Shown here piece after piece: positions 16,911 to 26,155 of a stretch of DNA of 32,000 nt (within the stretch, counting starts at the first letter, position 1; every line of letters begins with the position of its first letter). The DNA is from Methanothermus fervidus DSM 2088. GTDB taxonomy: Archaea; Methanobacteriota; Methanobacteria; DSM-2088; Methanothermaceae. The stretch lies in NCBI GenBank assembly GCA_000166095.1, contig CP002278.1, forward strand, positions 450,001 through 482,000, written 5' to 3'. Under the pieces are notes generated by a model. That model was not told the origin of the DNA. It was given only the letters and a program-made list of their open reading frames with translations, and did not search any database. A program made the translations under genes and the position numbers.

Positions 16911-18359
16911 ATGAATATAAGAGACATTTTAATTAAAAAAGATGATTATGTCTGGGAAGTACCTACAGATTATAAAGAATGCATGCAAGTTCCTGGAAGA
17001 ATATTTGTGGATGAAAAAGAATTAGATAAACTAGAAAAAGGGGCTGTAGATCAGGTTGCAAATGTAGCGTGTCTACCAGGTATCCAAAAATTCTCTATAG
17101 CATTACCCGACATACATTTTGGTTATGGATTTCCTATAGGAGGCGTTGGTGCATTTAGTGCAAACACTGGAGTTATAAGCCCTGGTGGAGTAGGTTTTGA
17201 TATAAATTGTGGTGTTAGAGTAATCCGAACAAACTTAACTGAGGAAGACGTAAGACCTAAGATAAAAGAATTAATAGACACATTATTTAGGAACATACCA
17301 TCAGGAGTAGGTAGTAAAGGTAAAATAAGGTTAAAGAGTGGAGAAATAGATGAAGTATTAGAAAATGGGGCTGTTTGGGCTGTTGAAAATGGATATGGCT
17401 GGGAAGAAGACCTCAAATATCTTGAAGAAAATGGTAAGATGGAAGATGCAAATGCTGAGAAAGTAAGTGTAAGAGCAAAGAGAAGAGGAATACCACAGTT
17501 AGGAACATTAGGTTCTGGTAATCATTTTTTAGAAGTTCAAAAGGTTGAAAAAGTTTTTGATGAAAACGCTGGAGAAGTATTTGGACTTAAACCAGGACAA
17601 GTAACAATAATGGTTCATACTGGGTCACGAGGATGTGGACATCAAATATGTTCAGATTACTTAAAAGTTATGAATAAAGCTTATAGAAAGTATAACATAA
17701 ATATCCCAGATCGTCAATTGGCATGTGCTCCTGTAGATACACCTGAAGCAGAAGACTATTTCCAAGCAATGGCGGCAGCCGCTAATTATGCTTGGGCAAA
17801 TCGTCAAATGATTGTACATTGGGTTAGAGAATCCTTTGAACAGGTATTTGGTGAAGAAGCTGAAGACCTAGGAATGAAGATTCTTTACGATGTTGCACAC
17901 AACATTGCTAAAAGAGAAGTACATAAAGTAAATGGAAAAAACATTGAAGTATATGTTCATAGAAAAGGTGCAACACGTGCATTTGGTCCTGGAAGAAAAG
18001 AAGTACCAAAAGAATATAGAGACATAGGGCAACCTGTCTTAATACCAGGAACTATGGGAACAGCATCATATATACTCCACGGAACTGAGATGGCAATGGA
18101 AGAAACCTTTGGCTCTACTGCACATGGTGCAGGTCGTAAGATGAGTCGAGCAGGTGCAAAGAGAGTTTATCGTGGAAATAGAGTCCAAAGAGAGTTAGGC
18201 AGTAGAGGGATTTATGTTAAGGCAGTTTCAATGGCGGTTGTTGCTGAAGAAGCCCCTGGAGCTTATAAAGATGTTGACACTGTGGTTGAAACCACACATA
18301 AGGCAGGAATATCAAAGTTAGTTGCCAAATTAACACCACTTGGCGTAGCTAAAGGATAA
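16911..18359 (+). CDS. rtcB: RNA-splicing ligase RtcB (3'-phosphate/5'-hydroxyl RNA ligase)
   Basis: Conserved blocks [35 protein letters not shown] and HGAGR. 482 aa with no intein. Confidence 0.97.
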   Translation: MNIRDILIKKDDYVWEVPTDYKECMQVPGRIFVDEKELDKLEKGAVDQVANVACLPGIQKFSIALPDIHFGYGFPIGGVGAFSANTGVISPGGVGFDINCGVRVIRTNLTEEDVRPKIKELIDTLFRNIPSGVGSKGKIRLKSGEIDEVLENGAVWAVENGYGWEEDLKYLEENGKMEDANAEKVSVRAKRRGIPQLGTLGSGNHFLEVQKVEKVFDENAGEVFGLKPGQVTIMVHTGSRGCGHQICSDYLKVMNKAYRKYNINIPDRQLACAPVDTPEAEDYFQAMAAAANYAWANRQMIVHWVRESFEQVFGEEAEDLGMKILYDVAHNIAKREVHKVNGKNIEVYVHRKGATRAFGPGRKEVPKEYRDIGQPVLIPGTMGTASYILHGTEMAMEETFGSTAHGAGRKMSRAGAKRVYRGNRVQRELGSRGIYVKAVSMAVVAEEAPGAYKDVDTVVETTHKAGISKLVAKLTPLGVAKG

Positions 18360-18384
18360 ATTTTTACAAAAATTTGGGGATAGA

Positions 18385-19149
18385 ATGATAGGAATCATTG
18401 GTGGGACTGGGTTATATACATTGGCTAAAGGTGAGAATGTAGAGAAAAAGACTGTTGAGACTCCTTATGGTATTTCTTCACCAATTTCAATTTTTAAACT
18501 TTATGACAAAAAAATAGCATTTATGCCTCGACATGCTGAAGACCATAATTATCCACCTCATAAGATTAATTATAGGGCAAATATTTATGCATTGAAAAAA
18601 ATTGGTGTAAAACAAATTATTGCTGTTAACACTGTAGGATCTATGCAAGAAAATGTTAAGCCTGGAGAATTGCTCATACCAAATGATTTCATTGATTTTA
18701 CGAAAAACAGACCAACCACTTTTTATGATGACAAGACAGTTCATATAGACATGACAGACCCTTATTGTCCAAATATTAGAGAGGTATTAATAAATAATGG
18801 AGAAGTTGATGTTATAGATAAAGGTATATATGTTTGTACTGAAGGACCAAGATTTGAAACACCTGCCGAAATTAGAATGTTTAAGAAATTAGGTGGAACT
18901 GTTGTTGGCATGACAGGCGTACCTGAAGTTATTCTGGCTAGAGAGTTAGAAATGTGTTATGCATCAATATGTGTAGTATCAAATTATGCTGCCTCAATTT
19001 CAAAGAAAAAATTGACTATAGATGAAGTTTTTGAAGTCCTTGAAAATAAAAAGCAAAAATTAATTAAAATAATTAAAAAAACTATCAAAAAATTAAAATA
19101 TGATCCAAATTGTAAGTGTCAAAAAGCATTAGAAGGGGCTAAAATTTAA
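18385..19149 (+). CDS. mtnP: S-methyl-5'-thioadenosine (or related 6-oxopurine/MTI) phosphorylase, PNP/MTAP family
   Basis: IGIIGGTGLY N-terminus, FMPRH and GPRFETPAEIRMFKKLGG.VVGMTGVPEV.LARELE are typical MTAP blocks. Confidence 0.9.
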   Translation: MIGIIGGTGLYTLAKGENVEKKTVETPYGISSPISIFKLYDKKIAFMPRHAEDHNYPPHKINYRANIYALKKIGVKQIIAVNTVGSMQENVKPGELLIPNDFIDFTKNRPTTFYDDKTVHIDMTDPYCPNIREVLINNGEVDVIDKGIYVCTEGPRFETPAEIRMFKKLGGTVVGMTGVPEVILARELEMCYASICVVSNYAASISKKKLTIDEVFEVLENKKQKLIKIIKKTIKKLKYDPNCKCQKALEGAKI

Positions 19150-19163
19150 AATGTGGTGTTAAC

Positions 19164-19664
19164 TTGAAAATAAAAGAAAAATATATGAAGTATTGTCCAA
19201 GTTGTGGAAAAAGTTATAATAAAAATGCTAATTTCTGTGAGGAGTGTGGAACACAACTTAAAGAAATAAACATTGTAAAAGATGCCGTCATTGCATCCGA
19301 AGAATCTGAAGATGTTATTGTAGTTTCATCCAACCATATACCTGGATATGAAATTGTTGAAACTATTGGATTTGTATACGGTCTCACTGTTAGAAGCAGA
19401 GGTTTGGGAGGTCAGATAGCTGCATTTTTAAGATCTTTGATTGGTGGTGAAATTAAAGAATATGTTACTATGATGGAACATTCCCGTCAAGAAGCACTTG
19501 AACGTTTAATCGAACATGCAAGAAATATGGGAGCTAATGCAGTTATTAGTACACGTTTCGATTCATCAGAGATATCTAATGTAATGCAAGAAATTCTTGC
19601 ATATGGAACGGCAGTTAAAGTTAAAAAGAAAGAAAAAGAAGAAAATGTTTCTGTTAATATTTGA
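19164..19664 (+). CDS. Zinc-ribbon plus YbjQ/UPF0145 (putative heavy-metal-binding) domain protein
   Basis: CPSCG...CEECG zinc ribbon, then a YbjQ-like core (GYEIVETIGFVYGLTVRSRG...GGEI......R.EAL.RL...A...GANAVI..RFD). The start is either TTG at 19164 (GGTG SD) or ATG at 19185. Confidence 0.8.
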   Translation: MKIKEKYMKYCPSCGKSYNKNANFCEECGTQLKEINIVKDAVIASEESEDVIVVSSNHIPGYEIVETIGFVYGLTVRSRGLGGQIAAFLRSLIGGEIKEYVTMMEHSRQEALERLIEHARNMGANAVISTRFDSSEISNVMQEILAYGTAVKVKKKEKEENVSVNI

Positions 19665-20679
19665 ACAATTCTTGCCATGACCTTCTAAGAACTCCACGTG
19701 CTGCAGCCTCACCTACCATGTTTATAAGTTCTTTTGTAAGGCTTTGTGACGCAACAAAGTGTGTAGGATTTATTTTACCTTTCTTTTTCATTTCATTGAA
19801 TTCATCATTTATCGTAGACAAAGTTTTAAGTGCAGCTTTCAGTTCCTCTTGATCATCTTTAAGAAGCATTGATTTTGCGCATTTTACAATCATTTTTGGA
19901 TCTAAAATTTTTATTAATCCTTCTATTCCTGAAGATTCTACTAGAGATGCAATAGTATTTAGTGTCATTATTATCTGTTTTTCCACCATTTCTTTAGGGG
20001 CAGGAATTATCTTTGTTCCTACAGTGTAATAATCAAGTATCCCAGCCAATGTAACAGCAGTTACAAGAACACCCATATCTCCAACAGCAGAAGACACATC
20101 TGCAGGAACTAGGAAAACTTCTTTACCACAACTCTTAGCAAGCTCAACACATTTCCCAACCTGATCTTCAGAAGCTATTTCAAGCCCAAATGTAGTTTTC
20201 CCAGATATAACATAATGTCCATGCTGAGGTGTCCCTGGAACTGCTGCAGGATGTAAAGATGAAATTCCTAGATCTTTCCTCTCCCTAAATTCCCTCTCAA
20301 ATGTATAATAGATAACTAATGGCGAAGCTGTGCAAGTATTTGCAATAACAGACCCTTCTGGCAAATGTTTTATTATTTTTTTAACTATCTCATAAGTTCT
20401 TTTCCCAAATGGTGTGAAAAGTATTGCTACTTCAGCATCTTTCGCTGCTTCTTCATCTTTATCAGTTATTTCAACTCCAGCATCCTCAACTTTCTTCCAA
20501 TGTTCCTCTTCCATCACCTCTCTATTCTTCTCAGCTAGAACTACATCATGTCCAGCTTCTGAAAATTCTATTGCCATTCTACTTCCGCCAAATGGTGGTT
20601 CTCCACCAAATCTCTCCTGCAGCTTTAATATCTTTGTATAGAGATTTTGATTTCCAGCTCCATAAATTGCTATTTTCAT
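19654..20679 (-). CDS. Hmd paralogue (HmdII/HmdIII-type, related to H2-forming methylene-H4MPT dehydrogenase)
   Basis: N-terminus MKIAIYGAGNQ...FGGEPPFGG..MAIEF..AGHDV, plus NTCTASP and SSLHPAAVPGTP blocks that match my memory of HmdII/III rather than catalytic Hmd. GAGGTG SD. Confidence 0.88.
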   Translation of the reverse strand: MKIAIYGAGNQNLYTKILKLQERFGGEPPFGGSRMAIEFSEAGHDVVLAEKNREVMEEEHWKKVEDAGVEITDKDEEAAKDAEVAILFTPFGKRTYEIVKKIIKHLPEGSVIANTCTASPLVIYYTFEREFRERKDLGISSLHPAAVPGTPQHGHYVISGKTTFGLEIASEDQVGKCVELAKSCGKEVFLVPADVSSAVGDMGVLVTAVTLAGILDYYTVGTKIIPAPKEMVEKQIIMTLNTIASLVESSGIEGLIKILDPKMIVKCAKSMLLKDDQEELKAALKTLSTINDEFNEMKKKGKINPTHFVASQSLTKELINMVGEAAARGVLRRSWQELFKY

Positions 20680-20842
20680 TTTTTACACCTCATGAAAAAA
20701 CATGACAATTTATGAAATTTTTTTAAGAAATCTACTAAAAAATTTTGTGTTTATTCTTCCTATGAAATCCTGATATTGATGGGTTTAGAAAGTATTGAGA
20801 ACTCAAAAATTAGAAGTATAAAAAACAATGAAAAATTTTGAC

Positions 20843-22030
20843 TTATATATCTTTCTTGTAAATTTTACCTTCTTTCATCACTAATATTATGTTTTCTTTA
20901 TCACTAAGTACAGATATATCATCAAGTGGATTTTTTTTGACAACTATTATATCTGCAATTTTATTCTTTTCTATCGTTCCTATCTTATCCTCAAGTAAAA
21001 GACATTCGGCTGCAACTTTAGTCCCAGACTGTATTGCCTCCATAGGATCCATTCCTATTTCGCACATATATTCCAGTTCCTTAAGGTTGTTACCATGTTT
21101 AACAACACCAGAATCAGTTCCCATTACCATTTTTACTCCTTCTTCATAAGCTAATTCCATATTTTCTTTATGTACTTTGCTAATTTCCTTTGCTTGTTTT
21201 TTCATATAATTAGGAATATCTTTGTTTTCCTTTGAGTTGTATCTTGTAACAAGAAAAGTAGGAACTAAATATATGCCTCTTTCAATCATAAGTCTACAAC
21301 TTTTCCTGTCTATAAATGTTCCATGTTCTATTGAGTGTACACCTGCTTTAATGGCATTTAATATTCCCTTATTACCATGGGCATGGGCCATTACTTTTTT
21401 CCCTCTAAATTTCGCTTCCTCCACTATTGCTTGCAATTCCTCAATAGAAAATTGGACATCTTTAGGATGATCATTTGGACTTAATACACCACCACTCGTG
21501 GCAATTTTAACAAAATCAGCGCCTGCACGAATTACTTCACGTACTCTTTTACGAACTTCATCTACACCATCGCAAGTTGTCTTTGGCATTCCGGGATAGA
21601 AAAATGTTGTATCAATTCCTGATTTATAAGTACCATCAAAATGTCCACCTGTAGGTGAAAGTGGTGCAACAGTTATTAAAATTCTTGGCGATGGAAATAA
21701 ATTTTTTTCAGCTGCTAATTTAACTCCAAGGTCTGCAAAACCAGCATCTCTAACAGTAGTCACGCCAGCATCTAATGTTGCACGCATATTATTAATTGCT
21801 TCATAAAAATATAATGATAAAGGTTTTTCTATTCTTCTTTCATCATGACCATTCATCATTAAATGTACGTGTGCATCTATGAAACCTGGTAGAGCATATC
21901 CATCGTCTAGGTCAATTCCTTCCATTTTTTTAGTTGTTATTTCTTTTATTTTACCTTTTGAAATTACAATTGACCCATGATATGGTTCCCTTCCTGTGCC
22001 ATCGATTATATTTATGTTCGTTAGTATCAT
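20843..22030 (-). CDS. Metal-dependent amidohydrolase-superfamily protein (COG1228-like)
   Basis: N-terminal beta-sandwich (INIIDGTG), the metal motif PGFIDAHVHL, and later HAHG and GTDSG. ATG at 22030 after GGAGGT. Confidence 0.85.
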   Translation of the reverse strand: MILTNINIIDGTGREPYHGSIVISKGKIKEITTKKMEGIDLDDGYALPGFIDAHVHLMMNGHDERRIEKPLSLYFYEAINNMRATLDAGVTTVRDAGFADLGVKLAAEKNLFPSPRILITVAPLSPTGGHFDGTYKSGIDTTFFYPGMPKTTCDGVDEVRKRVREVIRAGADFVKIATSGGVLSPNDHPKDVQFSIEELQAIVEEAKFRGKKVMAHAHGNKGILNAIKAGVHSIEHGTFIDRKSCRLMIERGIYLVPTFLVTRYNSKENKDIPNYMKKQAKEISKVHKENMELAYEEGVKMVMGTDSGVVKHGNNLKELEYMCEIGMDPMEAIQSGTKVAAECLLLEDKIGTIEKNKIADIIVVKKNPLDDISVLSDKENIILVMKEGKIYKKDI

Positions 22031-22050
22031 AGAGACCTCCACAAACAAAA

Positions 22051-22443
22051 TTATTTTTTGATCATTTTAATTTTTCCATTTTTAATTTCAACTTCATGAC
22101 ATTTAGACAATTTTTCCATATCTTCTATTGTTATACCATCAACTAGAGGTATTTTAGCTATTATTGCACCAACTGCAACTATAGGTTCAGCTTTAATACA
22201 AATTATACCTGCAGGAGCTGTTTTATTTTTAGCTAGTTGGTAAAGCACATATGATCCGACTGTTGAACCTTTACCACCAGGTATAATTAAAATTTTATTT
22301 TTAATACTTTTGCCTTTTAATGGGTGTCGTGGATCAATCACTTTGCCCGTCTTTGGGTCAACGCCTCCAAGAAAACTCAGAGGTTCATTAGAAACGAGTG
22401 GTTTTCCTTTTGCATTTCCTTTTGAAATTACTCTAACATTCAT
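22051..22443 (-). CDS. DUF126/UPF0107 aconitase-X swivel-domain protein (small-subunit type of AcnX / phosphomevalonate dehydratase family)
   Basis: EPLSFLGGVDP.TG.V.D..HPL.G.S......I.PGGKGSTVGSYVLYQL......AP.GII....EPIVAVGAI...IPLVD matches the family consensus as I recall it. ATG at 22443 after GGAGTG. Confidence 0.85.
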   Translation of the reverse strand: MNVRVISKGNAKGKPLVSNEPLSFLGGVDPKTGKVIDPRHPLKGKSIKNKILIIPGGKGSTVGSYVLYQLAKNKTAPAGIICIKAEPIVAVGAIIAKIPLVDGITIEDMEKLSKCHEVEIKNGKIKMIKK

Positions 22444-22464
22444 ATTACAACACTCCAACTGAAT

Positions 22465-23700
22465 TTAAGCTACATCTTTTTTCATGACTTCTCTTAGAAC
22501 TGCAGTAGCATAACAACCTTTAGGAATTGAAAATTCAAGTAAAACACCATTACTTAAAGCTTCAACTTTTGTATCATATACTCTGAATCTTATCGGTCTT
22601 CTTATTCCATGTGTTCCTAACTTTGGTATTAATTCACACTTAAAGTCATTTAATTTTAAATTTTCTTCTTTTAAAACCTTTTTTTCTATTTTTCCAACCT
22701 TTCCACTAGCTAAAGGTACTTTAGTACCATAAAGAGGGGCTGTTGGATGTGCCTTGAATTCCTTTACTAATTTCTCAGCATTTTCAGTGTTAATGATTCT
22801 GTTTTGATTATTAACTAAAATATCTCCTTCTACATACTTATTTATACCAAGTTTACATCTTTCACTAACAACTTTATTGAAGAGATATGATTGATAAGCA
22901 TGGATAAACATTCGAGTTAGAGGTTTTGGGAGTGCCAAAATAGCTTTTAAATATGATTTATCGTCTAATTTTCCTTTTTTCTTATCTTTCAACAAAATTC
23001 TTAAAATTGTACGTTCATATTGTAATGTTTTTGGCATGGATTCGTAAGATTTCTCAATTTCACCTAAATCATATAATTTACGAGCTTTTTTAATTTTTTC
23101 AGGTTCACCAGGGAAAGGATTACCCACATAAAGATCTACAGCTTTTTTTAAATCATTCTTTATTAAAGCTTTACCAATTAAGTGAGTATTACTTCTTGGT
23201 TTTCCAAATCTTTGCCAACCATAATAATTAGGTACTCCAATTTCTGACAATGTTTTAAACGTTTTTTTGGCATCTTTAGCGGCATTTTTAGGATTTTTGA
23301 CATTTCTAACAATTATACGGAATTTATTGCCTATCAATTGTCCTAAACGCAATTTTTTTTCATGTCTTACAATTTTAAGAAATTTAACACCGCGAATTTT
23401 CAAATTTTTTATTTCATCCGGATCTATATTGCTAACACATATCCATTGTCTGGCTACAGCATACTTATCTTTCATCCCTGCAAATCCCATTCTTCTTCTG
23501 TCAATGTGCAACTTTTTTGCAATATCTATAACTACATCTAAAGTTGTTCTATTTCTCTTTTCTATCCATATCCATACATTTTGTCCTTTTCCACTAGGTT
23601 TAATTAGGGGGATTTCCTCTACATAAAAATCTTCAATTTTTTCTCTAATTTTCCCCCCAATTCCTCTAGTCTTTGTTACATATGTCTCAGCATTTAACAT
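22465..23700 (-). CDS. truD: tRNA pseudouridine(13) synthase TruD/Pus7 family
   Basis: GIGGKI....EDF.V.EI N-terminus, catalytic-Asp motif FAGMKDKYAV, and NYYGWQRFG. Confidence 0.93.
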   Translation of the reverse strand: MLNAETYVTKTRGIGGKIREKIEDFYVEEIPLIKPSGKGQNVWIWIEKRNRTTLDVVIDIAKKLHIDRRRMGFAGMKDKYAVARQWICVSNIDPDEIKNLKIRGVKFLKIVRHEKKLRLGQLIGNKFRIIVRNVKNPKNAAKDAKKTFKTLSEIGVPNYYGWQRFGKPRSNTHLIGKALIKNDLKKAVDLYVGNPFPGEPEKIKKARKLYDLGEIEKSYESMPKTLQYERTILRILLKDKKKGKLDDKSYLKAILALPKPLTRMFIHAYQSYLFNKVVSERCKLGINKYVEGDILVNNQNRIINTENAEKLVKEFKAHPTAPLYGTKVPLASGKVGKIEKKVLKEENLKLNDFKCELIPKLGTHGIRRPIRFRVYDTKVEALSNGVLLEFSIPKGCYATAVLREVMKKDVA

Positions 23701-23723
23701 TCTACCCTTCCTAAAATTTTGAA

Positions 23724-24053
23724 TTATTTAGTGGTCTGTTGTGTAAAAGACTGATGTCTGTTTGTTGATTTCCTTAAATAAATTTCACTGTAATTTTCTG
23801 TATTTCTCTGAGTTAAATTACTAGTTGAAGTATTTCCTTTTATTGTACTTTCTTTGTATTTTGGTTCTTTAATCATTACTGGAGTAAATGTCTTATCTTG
23901 AATTGGTATTATTTTATTTTCTCCACTTGTGGTTAATGGTATGAAACCTGGAAAAGTAAAATGTAAATATAAAGACAGAATTGAAGCCATTCCATATGCC
24001 AATAAAGATATTATCAAAATTGCGAATAAATTAGCACTTTTTTTCTCTTTCAT
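23724..24053 (-). CDS. Hypothetical small membrane-anchored protein with an S/T/N/Q-rich tail
   Basis: GGAAGTGA SD-like sequence upstream. One or two N-terminal TM segments. The tail carries three N-x-S/T sequons (NTS, NLT, NYS). It is the last gene of the ABC-2 operon. Confidence 0.55.
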   Translation of the reverse strand: MKEKKSANLFAILIISLLAYGMASILSLYLHFTFPGFIPLTTSGENKIIPIQDKTFTPVMIKEPKYKESTIKGNTSTSNLTQRNTENYSEIYLRKSTNRHQSFTQQTTK

Positions 24054-24076
24054 TTTTTCACTTCCTAAAAATTTCT

Positions 24077-24841
24077 CTATAGTAGATTTTGTTCTTTAAT
24101 ATCAAAAAGTATTGATGCAATTAAAATCATGGAAATAGAAAATAAAGAAATAATGCACAAATTGATCCAGAATGGGAACACTGATCTGTGGAGTATTATA
24201 AATCTCAATGCATCAACACCATAAGTTAGAGGATTAGCATATACAGCTCTTTGAAGCCATGTAGGCAATCCTGTTATGGGAAATAATGCGCCACTCAATA
24301 GGAAAATTGGCAAAACTATAAAACTCATCACAAGATTAAATCCTTCTGTACTTTCAGTTATTGCTGCAATCATAAGGCCTAAGCCACCAAAACCCATAGA
24401 AATTATAAAGGACAAAATAACACTGATGACAAATGATGTTAGAGTTATTTCAATATTTACTAAAAAAGACAGTGCCAATAAAATTACAGTTTGAATTACT
24501 GAGGCCGTACTAATCCCAAATGCTTTTCCTAAGATAATAGATGGTCTTGAAATTGGAGAAACTAATATTTCTTTTAAAAATCCGTATTGTCTATCTATAA
24601 CAACTGAAACTCCTGAAAACACGCTAGTAAAAAGTATGGTTTGTGCTATTATTCCAGGAAAAATGAAAGTTCTATATCCTCCTGGAATATTTGTGAATTT
24701 CACTGACATACCAAGACCAGTGCCAAATATAATCAACCACAAGAGAGGTGTAACTATTGAGGTAAGTATTCTTGATTTATAACGTAAAAATCTCTTTACT
24801 TCTCTTAACCATACAACATAAATGCCTTCAATTTCAGACAT
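24077..24841 (-). CDS. ABC-2 type transporter permease
   Basis: Six predicted TM segments and an ABC-2 type N-terminus (W.RE...F.R...R......PL..L..FG). Its start is 1 nt from the ATPase stop. Confidence 0.88.
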   Translation of the reverse strand: MSEIEGIYVVWLREVKRFLRYKSRILTSIVTPLLWLIIFGTGLGMSVKFTNIPGGYRTFIFPGIIAQTILFTSVFSGVSVVIDRQYGFLKEILVSPISRPSIILGKAFGISTASVIQTVILLALSFLVNIEITLTSFVISVILSFIISMGFGGLGLMIAAITESTEGFNLVMSFIVLPIFLLSGALFPITGLPTWLQRAVYANPLTYGVDALRFIILHRSVFPFWINLCIISLFSISMILIASILFDIKEQNLL

Positions 24842-24842
24842 C

Positions 24843-25769
24843 TCATCCTTCAGATATATATTTTTTAAATACTTCGTCGAGTGTGGGACGTTCTATTTTT
24901 ATCGATTTTATCTCAAAATTGTTCATATTTGCAAAATTCACTATTTTTGGTATGAGATTTTCTCCTCTCTCCACTATTATTTTTATAATTTTTTCATTGA
25001 GAAATGCTTCCTTTACTCCTTCAATGTCTTGAACTATTTTAACAAATTCTTTTGGCCTTTCAACTTTTGCAGTTATTGTATCACTTTTTAATTCATTTTT
25101 TAAACTTTCAGGAGTACCCACCTTTATTATCTTTCCCTTGTTCATTATAGCAACTTTGTCACACAGCTTATCTACCTCTTCCATATAATGAGTGGTAAGC
25201 AATATTGTGACTTTTTCTTCTTTGTTTAGGTATTTTATATATTCCCATATGCTCTCACGAGTTTGGGGATCTAATCCAAGTGTTGGTTCATCCAGAAACA
25301 ATACTTTTGGATGATGTACCAATCCCCTTCCAATTTCTAATCGACGCTTCATGCCTTCTGAATATGTTTTTACATAATCATCTGCTCTCTCCTCTAAATC
25401 TATAAGTTCTAAAATTTCATTTATCCGTTTTTCTCTAATATTTTTTGGAACACCATACAATGCCGCATGCATTTCAAGATGTTCTCTACCAGTTAACATG
25501 TCGTCAAGAGATCTAGATTGAAATACAATGCCAATGGAAGATCTCACTTTAGCAGCTTCATTTATAATATCATATCCATTAACTTTCGCTGTTCCACTAG
25601 TAGGGCGAAGTATTGTACATAACATGGATATTAAAGTTGTTTTACCAGCTCCATTCGGACCTAAAATTGCATAAATACTTTCTTTAGGTATTTGGATGTT
25701 TACATTGTCTACAGCTGTAAAATTTCCATATTTTTTAGTTATATTTTTTGTTTTGATTATGAATTTCAT
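24843..25769 (-). CDS. ABC transporter ATP-binding protein (DrrA/NatA-like exporter ATPase)
   Basis: Walker A GPNGAGKTT, Q-loop, signature YSEGMKRRL, Walker B VLFLDEPTLGLD and H-loop TTHYM. GGAGGA SD. Confidence 0.95.
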   Translation of the reverse strand: MKFIIKTKNITKKYGNFTAVDNVNIQIPKESIYAILGPNGAGKTTLISMLCTILRPTSGTAKVNGYDIINEAAKVRSSIGIVFQSRSLDDMLTGREHLEMHAALYGVPKNIREKRINEILELIDLEERADDYVKTYSEGMKRRLEIGRGLVHHPKVLFLDEPTLGLDPQTRESIWEYIKYLNKEEKVTILLTTHYMEEVDKLCDKVAIMNKGKIIKVGTPESLKNELKSDTITAKVERPKEFVKIVQDIEGVKEAFLNEKIIKIIVERGENLIPKIVNFANMNNFEIKSIKIERPTLDEVFKKYISEG

Positions 25770-26037
25770 TTTTATGAATCCTCCGTTCTACTATCTATTT
25801 TTGTTGAATCTATCTATTAAATTTCATTAAAACGTCAAATCATCCAAAAAATTGTAATAATTGTAAAAAGAAATTGTATAAAAATACTTCACAAAAATTA
25901 GAGTATTAAAGATCTCTCATTACATGTGAAAAGATCGTTATTTAACAGTTCACAAAAAGTAATGTTTTAATTTGTAAATTTTGGCAGCATGAAAATCTAT
26001 TTTATTTATAAACTTAACCGTAAAATTTAAATATAAT

Positions 26038-26049
26038 TAGTATATAATA
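26038..26049 (+). promoter_or_regulatory. Candidate TATA box for the tRNA-Cys/tRNA-Trp transcription unit
   Basis: TAGTATATAATA is centred about 26 nt upstream of the tRNA-Cys 5' end (26070). A second TTTAAATATA lies at 26026-26035. Confidence 0.35.
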
Positions 26050-26069
26050 TTAATCTTGGCCGAGGTGAA

Positions 26070-26140
26070 GCCGAGGTAGCTTAGGGGCAAAGCGGCGGAC
26101 TGCAGATCCGCTGACGTGAGTTCAAATCTCACCCTCGGCT
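26070..26140 (+). tRNA. tRNA-Cys (anticodon GCA)
   Basis: GCCGAGG/CCTCGGC acceptor, GCTT/AAGC D stem, GCGGA-CTGCAGA-TCCGC anticodon arm, GTGAG-TTCAAAT-CTCAC T arm, discriminator T. Confidence 0.93.
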
Positions 26141-26155
26141 TTAAATTTTTCTTGT

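Noticed and set aside
26059-26077. 8-nt direct duplication of the tRNA-Cys 5' end (GCCGAGGT GAA GCCGAGGT) as a possible integration scar (att site)
   Set aside because: It is too short. It duplicates the 5' rather than the 3' part of the tRNA. No integrase or foreign-looking genes flank it. It is more likely chance or a leader element.
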